Of a DNA stretch of 64,000 nt, positions 38,297 to 46,435 are shown piece by piece. The position numbers were made by a program, and so were the translations under genes. The first letter of the stretch is position 1. Each line of letters begins with the position of its first letter. The stretch spans positions 331,130 through 395,129 of the forward strand of contig DATDSO010000004.1 of assembly GCA_035291225.1 (NCBI GenBank). Direction: 5' to 3'. Below the pieces are notes generated by a model. That model made no database searches and was not told the origin of the DNA. It saw only the letters and a program-made list of their open reading frames with translations. The DNA comes from an archaeon (GTDB lineage: Archaea > Aenigmatarchaeota > Aenigmatarchaeia > Aenigmatarchaeales > JACQIB01).

Positions 38297-39025
38297 ATGA
38301 AATGGAAAACAAAAATTTCAGATGCGAACGATGAAGGCACAAAGATTAGAGGAAAAGCTCTTGAAGAGCTTGTGGGAAAAATTTCCTATGCTGAAATGGT
38401 TTTTCTTTTGCTGCGCGGAAAAATGCCAACGCCTGAAGAAAGCAAAATGATGGAAGCGCTTTTGGTTTGCGTGGCAGAGCACAGCATTGCTGTTCCTTCT
38501 ATAACTGCTGCGCGCATAGCAGCGAGCGGCTCGGGAAGTTTTGTGCAGGGAGTTGCCGCAGGAATTTTGGGAATAGGCGAGCACCACGGAGGCGCAGGCG
38601 AGGGCTGCGCAAAAGTTCTGCAGGAAAATTTGGGAAAGCCTGCTGCTGAAGTTGTCGCAAAATTTTCCGCGAGAAAAGAAAGGCTGCCGGGCTTTGGGCA
38701 CAAAATTTATACAACAGACCCGCGCACGAAAAAACTTTTTTCAATTGCAAAAGAGCTTGGGATTTTTGGGAGCTACTGCAATTTTGCGCTTGAGCTCGAA
38801 AAAGAATTGGAGCGCGCGGGTGGAAAAAAACTCTGCCTTAATGTTGACGGCGCGATTGCCGCAATAATTTCTGAAATGGGATTCCACTGGAAAAGCGGCC
38901 GCGCGTTTTTTGTGATTCCGCGCACAGCAGGAATTTCCGCGCATGTTATTGAGGAACTGATGGAGGAGAAGCCGTTTTCAAAAAGATTGGAAGAGGGGGA
39001 ATATGAATATTTGGGGGAGAAATAA
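38297..39025 (+). CDS. Citrate synthase-fold small protein (citryl-CoA lyase-like)
   Basis: GEHHGGAGEG (cf. GPLHGGANE) and PGFGHKIYTTDPR (citrate synthase signature); 242 aa, like short stand-alone citryl-CoA lyases. Confidence 0.65.
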   Translation: MKWKTKISDANDEGTKIRGKALEELVGKISYAEMVFLLLRGKMPTPEESKMMEALLVCVAEHSIAVPSITAARIAASGSGSFVQGVAAGILGIGEHHGGAGEGCAKVLQENLGKPAAEVVAKFSARKERLPGFGHKIYTTDPRTKKLFSIAKELGIFGSYCNFALELEKELERAGGKKLCLNVDGAIAAIISEMGFHWKSGRAFFVIPRTAGISAHVIEELMEEKPFSKRLEEGEYEYLGEK

Positions 39026-39028
39026 TTT

Positions 39029-39664
39029 CTATTCAATATTTTCTTCAATTATTCTTCTGATAGCTTTCTTAACAAGCTCTTGATTTTGCGGTGGAACACG
39101 CAGCGCATTTTCTAAAGCATCTCTAAGATAAGACGGGGGCTCTGTTATAATAGGCTGTGTTCCAGATAAACTATAAGGTTCCTGAGAGGCAACTCCGCCA
39201 ACAATCACACCTTCAGGCACTCCAGAATATGCTGCATCTCTTAGAACTCTCGGCAGGTGATCCGGATTGCTCACAAAAAATACTGCCTGTTTATCTTTGC
39301 CTCCGCGAAGGGCTGCAGCAGTGCTTTCTTCTGTAGTAGTTCCGCGGGTTTCAAAATTTATAGTGTAATTTTCCAACCCAGGAAACGCTTCTCTCGCATA
39401 TTCGTAGAAAGCTGCAGTTTCCAAAACCCCCTCATGCTTTAAGCCCCCTGCAATAGTTATGTCAACTTCAAAACCGCGGCCGCTTAAAAATTCTGCCAAC
39501 TCCAAAGCAGTTCTGGTTCTATCGTAGACAACATCTTCCCAAGGCCTGAAGCCTTCTGGAACCGGCTTGGCATAGCCGCACAAAACTATTCTAACACCAC
39601 GTTTCATATTTACTATATTGGGGTAACTAATATATAAATGCCTCTCCAACCAAATGCCCTCCAT
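39029..39664 (-). CDS. Hypothetical protein, possibly DUF218 (YdcF/ElyC)-like
   Basis: Weak resemblance (VRIVLCGYA, TINFETRGTTTEES) to DUF218; start probably at internal Met. Confidence 0.4.
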   Translation of the reverse strand: MEGIWLERHLYISYPNIVNMKRGVRIVLCGYAKPVPEGFRPWEDVVYDRTRTALELAEFLSGRGFEVDITIAGGLKHEGVLETAAFYEYAREAFPGLENYTINFETRGTTTEESTAAALRGGKDKQAVFFVSNPDHLPRVLRDAAYSGVPEGVIVGGVASQEPYSLSGTQPIITEPPSYLRDALENALRVPPQNQELVKKAIRRIIEENIE

Positions 39665-39889
39665 CTATTTTAGAAATCTTCATCTCTACAAATTTTCTCA
39701 ACAAACAAAGTCTAATTACTTTTTCTCCTCTTTTTCTAAAAGTCTTGAGGCTAGAGAATATAAATGTGTTGGGGAGAAATAATATTTATAAAGATTGAAT
39801 TTCATTTCTTGCAGTGATTAAATGTTTAAATCTGCTTTTTAAAGCTCTGCAAAAGTTAGATTTATAAATATGAAATTCCAAGTAAAATT

Positions 39890-40522
39890 ATGACAGGATA
39901 TATGGGAAAAGGCGCGCAAAAAGTTAAAGATGCTCTAATGCGTGGAGCGTCTGGTGTAAAAATATATGGCGCGTCCGCTGTAAAATCTGTTTTTTCTTAC
40001 AGGCCTGAGATTGGCGCAATTCGTGGAATTGCTTCGCAAGTGTCTGGGACAGTTGAAGTTCTCAAAGCTGCTTATGATAGGACCCGCAAAGATGCAGATG
40101 GATATAGCAAAGATTCTAACTGGGTTTTTGATCATTCTATGAAAAGCAGAGAAGCTGGTGACACGCTTCATGCTCGGGAACAGGAGGCTGTTGCCAGAAA
40201 TCTACACAAGAGAGCTGCTGAGTTTTATAGAGAAGCTGACGCTTTTGGAGGTGCGAAAAGCAGCGTCGGTATTGTGAAATCTAGCTTAGAAGGGCTACAA
40301 AAACAAATTCCAAAAGTTAGTGATATAAAAAGTGCGGCAGCGGTTATTGGTGCTATACAATCTGCGAGAGAAAATGCCGGAGTCTTAGCTCAACTTCCAG
40401 ACCCGCGCCTTGCCGGGCAATATAGCAGAGTTTCTGTAGAATTGGCTGGAGTTGAAAGAGATTTAATGGGAAAATTTGGGAAGAGATTTGGCTTAACAGA
40501 ACATTATTTAAAAACTCATTGA
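39890..40522 (+). CDS. Hypothetical Ala/Gly-rich protein (210 aa)
   Basis: Intact ORF preceded by a 225 nt AT-rich gap; composition differs from neighbours; no motif. Confidence 0.4.
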   Translation: MTGYMGKGAQKVKDALMRGASGVKIYGASAVKSVFSYRPEIGAIRGIASQVSGTVEVLKAAYDRTRKDADGYSKDSNWVFDHSMKSREAGDTLHAREQEAVARNLHKRAAEFYREADAFGGAKSSVGIVKSSLEGLQKQIPKVSDIKSAAAVIGAIQSARENAGVLAQLPDPRLAGQYSRVSVELAGVERDLMGKFGKRFGLTEHYLKTH

Positions 40523-40527
40523 GAATC

Positions 40528-41277
40528 TTATTCATAATCTTTATGCAGAACATCTCGAATCTTCTGAGCAATTTTTTCTCCAACTCCGTCAACTTCTCTG
40601 AGCTCTTCTTTCGAAGCCATGAAAATTCTCTCCGGTGTCCCGAATTTTTTCAAAAGCGCGCGGGCGCGTGTGTTGGAAATCTCTGGTAGGCCAGCAATTA
40701 AAAATTCCTGCATCTGCTTGAGCCCACGCTCTTTTTTTTCTCCGCGAATAGCGAGCTCGCGGCCGCTGTCAAACTGCTCGCGCCGCGCAAGCCAGAAAAT
40801 CATTCCTGCCGTTTCCTTCGGGTCGCGCGTCCATAAAATTGGAATGGAAAAATCCAGCGCAACAGAAGCGAGCGCGCCCCTCAGAGCGTTTGGCTGTATG
40901 CGCTCGTAAAAATTATTTCCTTCAATCAGCAGCACCGGCTTTTCAAAGTTTTGCTTCAGCTCGCTCAGCTGCTTGAAAAGCCTTTGGTCCATTATGCTTG
41001 AAACCAAATCAGGAGAAGTTTTGCGCTCAACTGCAACGCGGTCTGAGCAGAGATAATCCGCAACATTCAGCATTTTTTCTTTCACAACACATTCGAACTC
41101 TGCTAGCGCCTGCACCACTCCGGAGTTCTGCTCGCGCGTGTCCACAAAAATCAGCGGCTTGGCTTTCTCAGGCTTTTTTTTCATACTCTCGCGCAGGAAA
41201 TCGAAATAGTCAATTTTTTCTTCTTTGGGCATGGAAGAAAATATCTCAGCGGGTTTAAATCTCTTTGAAATTTCCAA
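40528..41277 (-). CDS. XPF/ERCC4-type nuclease domain protein with C-terminal HhH2 (Hef nuclease part)
   Basis: ERCC4 block IFVDTRE...VADYLCSDRVAVERKTSPDLVSS and HhH2 GLPEIS...KFGTPERIFMASKEELREVDGVGEKIA. Confidence 0.8.
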   Translation of the reverse strand: MEISKRFKPAEIFSSMPKEEKIDYFDFLRESMKKKPEKAKPLIFVDTREQNSGVVQALAEFECVVKEKMLNVADYLCSDRVAVERKTSPDLVSSIMDQRLFKQLSELKQNFEKPVLLIEGNNFYERIQPNALRGALASVALDFSIPILWTRDPKETAGMIFWLARREQFDSGRELAIRGEKKERGLKQMQEFLIAGLPEISNTRARALLKKFGTPERIFMASKEELREVDGVGEKIAQKIRDVLHKDYE

Positions 41278-42781
41278 TTGTTTTCTGCGCCTGCATACCC
41301 TTCAAAATTTCTTTCATTTTTTTCTCCTTTCTGCTGGCAGAATAAAAATTCGCCTCGTCGCGCGTGTCTTTTGTAATCAGGAAAATTATTTTCCCCAATT
41401 TTGTTCTTCCAACTCGCCCGCGCCTTTGTATTGTTCTAATCTCGCTTGCAACAGGCTCGTAGAAAATTGCGATGTCCGCGCTCGCTATATGCAGGCCCTC
41501 CTCACCTATCGGGCTCGTGATTAAACAATTGTAAACTCCTGCCTCAAAATCTTTCAGCACATCAATCTGCTCTTTCTGGCTCAGGCCTTTTTCACCAGAC
41601 TGGCCGATTAAAGAAATAGGCGAGCAAATATTTTTTAAAATTTCAAGCAGGCGGGAAATATTTTCGCGGTAGTGAGAAAATATAATTATTTTTACATTCT
41701 TATTCTCTGAAAATTCTTTGGAAACAATTTCTTTCAGAGCGGCGATTTTCGGGTGCTCCTCATCCGCGAGCGCGAGCTCTTCAACATTCCTAACAGCGTT
41801 CTGGAAAGGCGCTGACTGCGAAAGCCTAATGCTAGCCTTGTCGGATTTTTTCCTCAGCTCGTCAAAATATTTTTTTGTCGCACCCACGCTTTGGGTTTCT
41901 ATAAGCTCGGCCGCATGCCAGACTTTAAGCGCTTCTGCTACAATAGAGATTATTTGGAAGTTCATCGGGTTGCTATGCAAATTTCTCTGTGCGCGGCTTT
42001 GGGCTAAAAGCAAATCCTTTTTGCTGAACGCATAAACTTTGTATTTTTTCAGCTTTTCCAAAAGCTCTCGCAGACACAGTCTGAGTGAGCTTTGGGTGTA
42101 TTTCATCTTTTGTGGAAGCTCTACGCGCACTTGAACTAAATTTTTCTCTTCAACATATTTTTCAACATCTGGATCGTTTTCGCTTCTTATTTCAACGGCA
42201 GTTGCAAAAAGATTTTCGCAGATTTCTTTTATGCGCGCCTCATCTGAACCTGGGCTTGCGGTGAGTCCGAGAATTCTTCCGCGCTTAGCCTGCTGATTGT
42301 AAACTTTGCATACAAATGGGTAGGCATAGCCTTTCACAGCTTTATGCACCTCATCAACAACCAGAAGAGAAAAGTTTTCCAAATTTAATTTTCCCGTTTT
42401 CAAATCATTTTGTATTGTCTGAGGAGTTGCAGAAATAATTTTTGCTTTCAGGTAAATTTCCTTTCTAATCTCAGGGGAGATTTTTCCTGTAAGCAAAACT
42501 ATTTCCTCTTCAGGAATTTCCATGCTTTCAGAAAAGCTTCTCATGTGCTGTTCGCATAATGGGCGCGTGGGCGCAACAATTAAAATCTTTGAATCTGGAA
42601 ACTTCTCCAAGCGCTGCGCGGCAAGCATAATAGCAACAGCAGTTTTTCCCAAGCCTGTTGGCAGAACCACGAGAGTATTATTTGCGCAAGCAGTCCGCAA
42701 AATATTTACCTGATATTCTCGCGCTTCTATTGCATTTGGTTTTACCATGGGAGAAATAAAAAATGGCATAAAATGAATCAA
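41255..42781 (-). CDS. Hef-type DEAH/FANCM-like helicase (helicase part of Hef)
   Basis: Motif I LPTGLGKT, motif II VVDEVH, motif VI QRRGRVGR; 3' end overlaps the nuclease gene by 23 nt in another frame. Confidence 0.8.
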   Translation of the reverse strand: MIHFMPFFISPMVKPNAIEAREYQVNILRTACANNTLVVLPTGLGKTAVAIMLAAQRLEKFPDSKILIVAPTRPLCEQHMRSFSESMEIPEEEIVLLTGKISPEIRKEIYLKAKIISATPQTIQNDLKTGKLNLENFSLLVVDEVHKAVKGYAYPFVCKVYNQQAKRGRILGLTASPGSDEARIKEICENLFATAVEIRSENDPDVEKYVEEKNLVQVRVELPQKMKYTQSSLRLCLRELLEKLKKYKVYAFSKKDLLLAQSRAQRNLHSNPMNFQIISIVAEALKVWHAAELIETQSVGATKKYFDELRKKSDKASIRLSQSAPFQNAVRNVEELALADEEHPKIAALKEIVSKEFSENKNVKIIIFSHYRENISRLLEILKNICSPISLIGQSGEKGLSQKEQIDVLKDFEAGVYNCLITSPIGEEGLHIASADIAIFYEPVASEIRTIQRRGRVGRTKLGKIIFLITKDTRDEANFYSASRKEKKMKEILKGMQAQKTIGNFKEI

Positions 42782-42811
42782 GATCTGTTTTATTAATAGC
42801 TTATTTTCGAC

Positions 42812-43720
42812 CTATCTGTACTTATGATATTTTTTCCACCAACCCGGATCTATAAAAAACAGAGAGCCAGCCACAAAAACAAAGAGAATCACCAGCCATA
42901 TTGGGATTATTTTTTCAGGATTTAGTCCCAAAATAAACCTGAAAAAAATCGGGGCAGCCAGCAAAATAATGAAAAACAGCTCTTCGCCTCCAGACCAGAA
43001 GTATTTTTTATTTTCCGTAGGCAGACCAGAAATTTTTCTTGCGCGCTCCCCAATTTCAAAAATATCTAATCTAAAAATTTCCAACAAGACAACAGCTGCT
43101 TTGAATATAAAATATAGCCCCATCCAAAGCTTTATCATTGATATATTCCCAGATCCATAATATGTCACAGGCATTACAAAGTACAAGGAGAAAATCAGCC
43201 AGTCATAGGATTTGATTTTTCTCCCGGAAGAGCCCAAAATATATTGAATCAAGAAAAGAAAAATGAGCGGAACAGACTTAGTATACTGGTAGATGACTAC
43301 AGAAAAAAGAAAAATTATCAGAGGTATATTGCCTGAAAAATATTTCTGTTCGGCCTCCACGGCATACATATTTACAATCAGAAAAAGCATTGCTAGTATA
43401 AAGAAGACGAATATTTTGTCTATCATGCTGAAAATTAAAATTAGCGACAGCAAAAATGCAAGAACAATCTTAAGAGAAAACGAATTTAATATTTTGTACA
43501 GGAGCTTTCCGGTTAAGCCCATACTGATTGCAACAACAGCAGCTGAAATGAATTCTGTCAAAACTATTATTTTCAGCGTGAAAGGTCCAAAAGCCTGCTC
43601 CAGAGACTGCTGCGCAGGCGTATATAAAAACAAAGCCGCAAAAAGAACAGAAATCAAGAGATTAAAAACAGGATTTAGGAAGACTTTTTCTAATCTCGAG
43701 TTTTGCTTTGAAATTAGCAT
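42812..43720 (-). CDS. Polytopic hypothetical membrane protein (302 aa)
   Basis: At least 8 hydrophobic helices; no family motif. Confidence 0.5.
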   Translation of the reverse strand: MLISKQNSRLEKVFLNPVFNLLISVLFAALFLYTPAQQSLEQAFGPFTLKIIVLTEFISAAVVAISMGLTGKLLYKILNSFSLKIVLAFLLSLILIFSMIDKIFVFFILAMLFLIVNMYAVEAEQKYFSGNIPLIIFLFSVVIYQYTKSVPLIFLFLIQYILGSSGRKIKSYDWLIFSLYFVMPVTYYGSGNISMIKLWMGLYFIFKAAVVLLEIFRLDIFEIGERARKISGLPTENKKYFWSGGEELFFIILLAAPIFFRFILGLNPEKIIPIWLVILFVFVAGSLFFIDPGWWKKYHKYR

Positions 43721-43730
43721 ACTTTTCTAC

Positions 43731-44864
43731 CTAGCTAAACAAAATTCTGAAAAATTCTCTTATTGCTTCAGATAGCTTTTCAATAAAACCCTTTTCTTTT
43801 TTATCCTCAATTTTTTCGTTCGCGCAGAGCACAGCTTCTCTGCTTGGCTCTGCTTTTAGAACATCACCGCTGCCCGGCATTACAGTGATATATGTTTCGT
43901 AATCCCTGTACCCCGGCGCTTTGCACACAATTTTGTAATCACCATATTTCAGCTCTTGTAATTTTACCGAACGATTGCCCTTGAAAGTTCCATTGAGATA
44001 AATCAGAGAGTTCAGCTGGGAGTTTACCTGAACTTCTGCGCTTTCCTCTATCATAACAAGGCCGCTTGAAAAAACATTTGGCGAGAGTGTGCTGTAGATT
44101 TCGATAAAATATCTTCCGGTTTCCGAAAATGTTGCAGAATTCTCAAAGTTGCCTTGGGAATCGGTGACAACATTTCTTTTGTAAAACTGCACGCCCGCTT
44201 TCTTGGAAAGCTCAACAAATTCTAACTTTGTATTTACAGATGTGTTGCCGGAAAATTTCACACTTGTACCCACCATCGCCCTGCGCGGGGTTATATTCAA
44301 ATTCAAATTGTAAGAGCTTATATCAAAGCCAACCGGAGAAAGTTGTATTGTCTGCCTTTTTGTCATGATATCGTACAGGTCGTCTGTGTGGTCCAAACCA
44401 AGCGCATGCCCAAGCTCGTGCATGGAAGTAATTTTCATTTCCCTATGGGAAAACTCTTTCGCAACATCTCCTGATCTCATGTAAAATTTTCCCAAGCACG
44501 CAAGCCTTATTTTTGCTGATACAAACCTTTTGTTGGGAACAAGAACAATATTTGTTATTCCACCCACTTCCTCGCTGACATTTTCCAAATCCCTTACCCA
44601 TTGGACTGTTACATCGCCTCCATTTTCAACCTCCCTGAAATTTGGCTGAAAGGAAAGCCGGCCATTTCCTCCGTTTTTCCAGTATTCTATTGATTTGTAG
44701 AAATCATCTACATAAGCAGGATCGCATTCCGGAGGAAATGACCTGTTTATGAAAAAAGATAAAGTGGGATGGTCCCACGGCTGCTCGAGCTCCTTTGGGT
44801 AAGTGTATGCAAATGCGGCCGAAGAAATGATTATAAAACAAAGCGCCGCAAACAGATATTTCAT
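43731..44864 (-). CDS. Secreted metzincin-type zinc metalloprotease
   Basis: Signal peptide MKYLFAALCFIIISSAAFA; HELGHALGLDH (HExxHxxGxxH) followed by DIM Met-turn candidate. Confidence 0.7.
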   Translation of the reverse strand: MKYLFAALCFIIISSAAFAYTYPKELEQPWDHPTLSFFINRSFPPECDPAYVDDFYKSIEYWKNGGNGRLSFQPNFREVENGGDVTVQWVRDLENVSEEVGGITNIVLVPNKRFVSAKIRLACLGKFYMRSGDVAKEFSHREMKITSMHELGHALGLDHTDDLYDIMTKRQTIQLSPVGFDISSYNLNLNITPRRAMVGTSVKFSGNTSVNTKLEFVELSKKAGVQFYKRNVVTDSQGNFENSATFSETGRYFIEIYSTLSPNVFSSGLVMIEESAEVQVNSQLNSLIYLNGTFKGNRSVKLQELKYGDYKIVCKAPGYRDYETYITVMPGSGDVLKAEPSREAVLCANEKIEDKKEKGFIEKLSEAIREFFRILFS

Positions 44865-44914
44865 AAAGAGAATAAACAGGTTCTATTTAAATTTGCGGCA
44901 AACAAAAAAGAAAT

Positions 44915-45670
44915 ATGAAAATCAGAAAAAACGAACTTATTTTGCTTTCGGGAGGCGGCCGCAAATATTTAACATCCTGCGCGGGGAAATTTTCCTGTAA
45001 ATTCGGTTCAGTCAATTTAGACCTTTTTGTAGGGAAAAAATTTGGCATAAAAATAAAAATTGGAAAGGAAAAGTTTTCTGCTATTAAGCCAAATGTTCTT
45101 GATATTCTGAGATTTGCAAAACGCGGCCCGCAGGTTATTCTATCAAAAGATTCGTCTGCAATAGCTTCAGTAACAGGCTGTGGAAAGGGGTGGAAAGTTT
45201 TAGACGCCGGCTCAGGTTCGGGCTTCAATGCTATTTTTTTAGCAAATTTAGGATGTGAAGTTTTAACTGCAGAAAAGGACAAGAGGTTCTTTCGCTTGGC
45301 AGAAAGAAATATTTTGACTTCGAATAGTATTTCGCCTCTAAAAATACAAATAAAGAACTCCCCGGTTGAAAAACTCTTCAGAAAAGAACATTTTGATTTA
45401 ATAACTTTGGATCTGCAAAATTCTCAGAAACTTGTTAGGAAATCCTTTTCTGCTCTAAAGCCGGGGGGCTGGCTTGCTGTCTATGCATTACAATCGGAAG
45501 ATTTGCCAAGGATTTCTTCAGAGATAAAAAAAGTTTTTGGGAATTCAAAAATTTCTGAATTTCTTCAAAGGGATTGGCAGTTTGAAAAATTTGGAGATAA
45601 AACTTTTACTCGCCCGAAAACTTGGATGATGGGACATACGGGGTTTCTGATTTTCAGCAGAAAACAGTAG
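44915..45670 (+). CDS. trmI: tRNA (adenine-N1)-methyltransferase TrmI-like (GCD14 family)
   Basis: SAM-binding VLDAGSGSG and C-terminal RP...MGHTGFLIFSRK tail typical of TrmI. Confidence 0.7.
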   Translation: MKIRKNELILLSGGGRKYLTSCAGKFSCKFGSVNLDLFVGKKFGIKIKIGKEKFSAIKPNVLDILRFAKRGPQVILSKDSSAIASVTGCGKGWKVLDAGSGSGFNAIFLANLGCEVLTAEKDKRFFRLAERNILTSNSISPLKIQIKNSPVEKLFRKEHFDLITLDLQNSQKLVRKSFSALKPGGWLAVYALQSEDLPRISSEIKKVFGNSKISEFLQRDWQFEKFGDKTFTRPKTWMMGHTGFLIFSRKQ

Positions 45671-45727
45671 CTTTTTCTAACTAGACAAAAAATTGGTTTA
45701 TAAATTTATTGCGCAAAGCTTTCTTGC

Positions 45728-45916
45728 GGGCTCGTGGTATAGCTTGGTATTATTCGAGGTTATGTTGGAATTTTACCAGCACCTCAACGGGACCTCGCGA
45801 CCTGTGTTCAAACGGCCTTTTCTTTCATGGAAAGAAAAGAACCGCGGAAAAGAAAGATATTAAATCCAAAAAGGCAGATAGCCTTCGGATATATGAAAAT
45901 CACAGCGAGCCCACCA
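45728..45916 (+). tRNA. tRNA-Pro (anticodon CGG inferred) with two introns (33/34 and 59/60) and encoded CCA
   Basis: Acceptor GGGCUCG pairs CGAGCCC then A-CCA; U8, A14, G18G19; anticodon stem CGAGG/CCUCG; T-stem CUGUG/CACAG; introns 45762-45787 and 45813-45899 each flanked by a 4 bp helix with 3 nt bulges (BHB). Confidence 0.65.
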
Positions 45917-45947
45917 AGTATAAATAATCCAAATACAAAGCAAATTT

Positions 45948-46424
45948 ATGAAAGCTGAAGGAAAGTTATCCCGAATAAAAACTGGTTTAAAGGATGCCAG
46001 AAAAAGGGTCGGAGATTTTTCAGGGCGGCATACTTTCCTAGTATATGCGCTCCCGACCATTACCGGTATAGCGTTGGGATTTGCATATTCTGTCGCAGAT
46101 GGTTTTGAACGGATGAGCGAAGAAATCAGCAGAATGAATTTGCCTCAAACAAATATAGATGGTTTCACAAATCCGGATTACCCAAGCGTTTTTGAATACC
46201 TCAGATCATTGCTCATCGGAGAAAATGTCTCTGTTGGCTATGAGAATGGAATAACTTGCCCTTCAGATGGAGGGTGTTATGGGTGGGCTAAGTCTGTTTT
46301 TATGAACTCTCGAAATTACCATAGCAATATACCACCTCTCATTGGGGGATCGTCCGGAGCTGCAATATCGCTGGTTGGCGGATACAGCTGGGCAAGGAAT
46401 GATGAAGAATTGAAAAGAAGTTGA
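45948..46424 (+). CDS. Hypothetical protein with one TM segment (158 aa)
   Basis: Intact ORF; hydrophobic segment LVYALPTITGIALGFAY. Confidence 0.4.
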   Translation: MKAEGKLSRIKTGLKDARKRVGDFSGRHTFLVYALPTITGIALGFAYSVADGFERMSEEISRMNLPQTNIDGFTNPDYPSVFEYLRSLLIGENVSVGYENGITCPSDGGCYGWAKSVFMNSRNYHSNIPPLIGGSSGAAISLVGGYSWARNDEELKRS

Positions 46425-46435
46425 AAATATTTTCT

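Noticed and set aside
45709-46060. ORFs 45709-45927 (+) and 45860-46060 (-)
   Set aside because: Overlap the tRNA-Pro gene and its T-loop intron.
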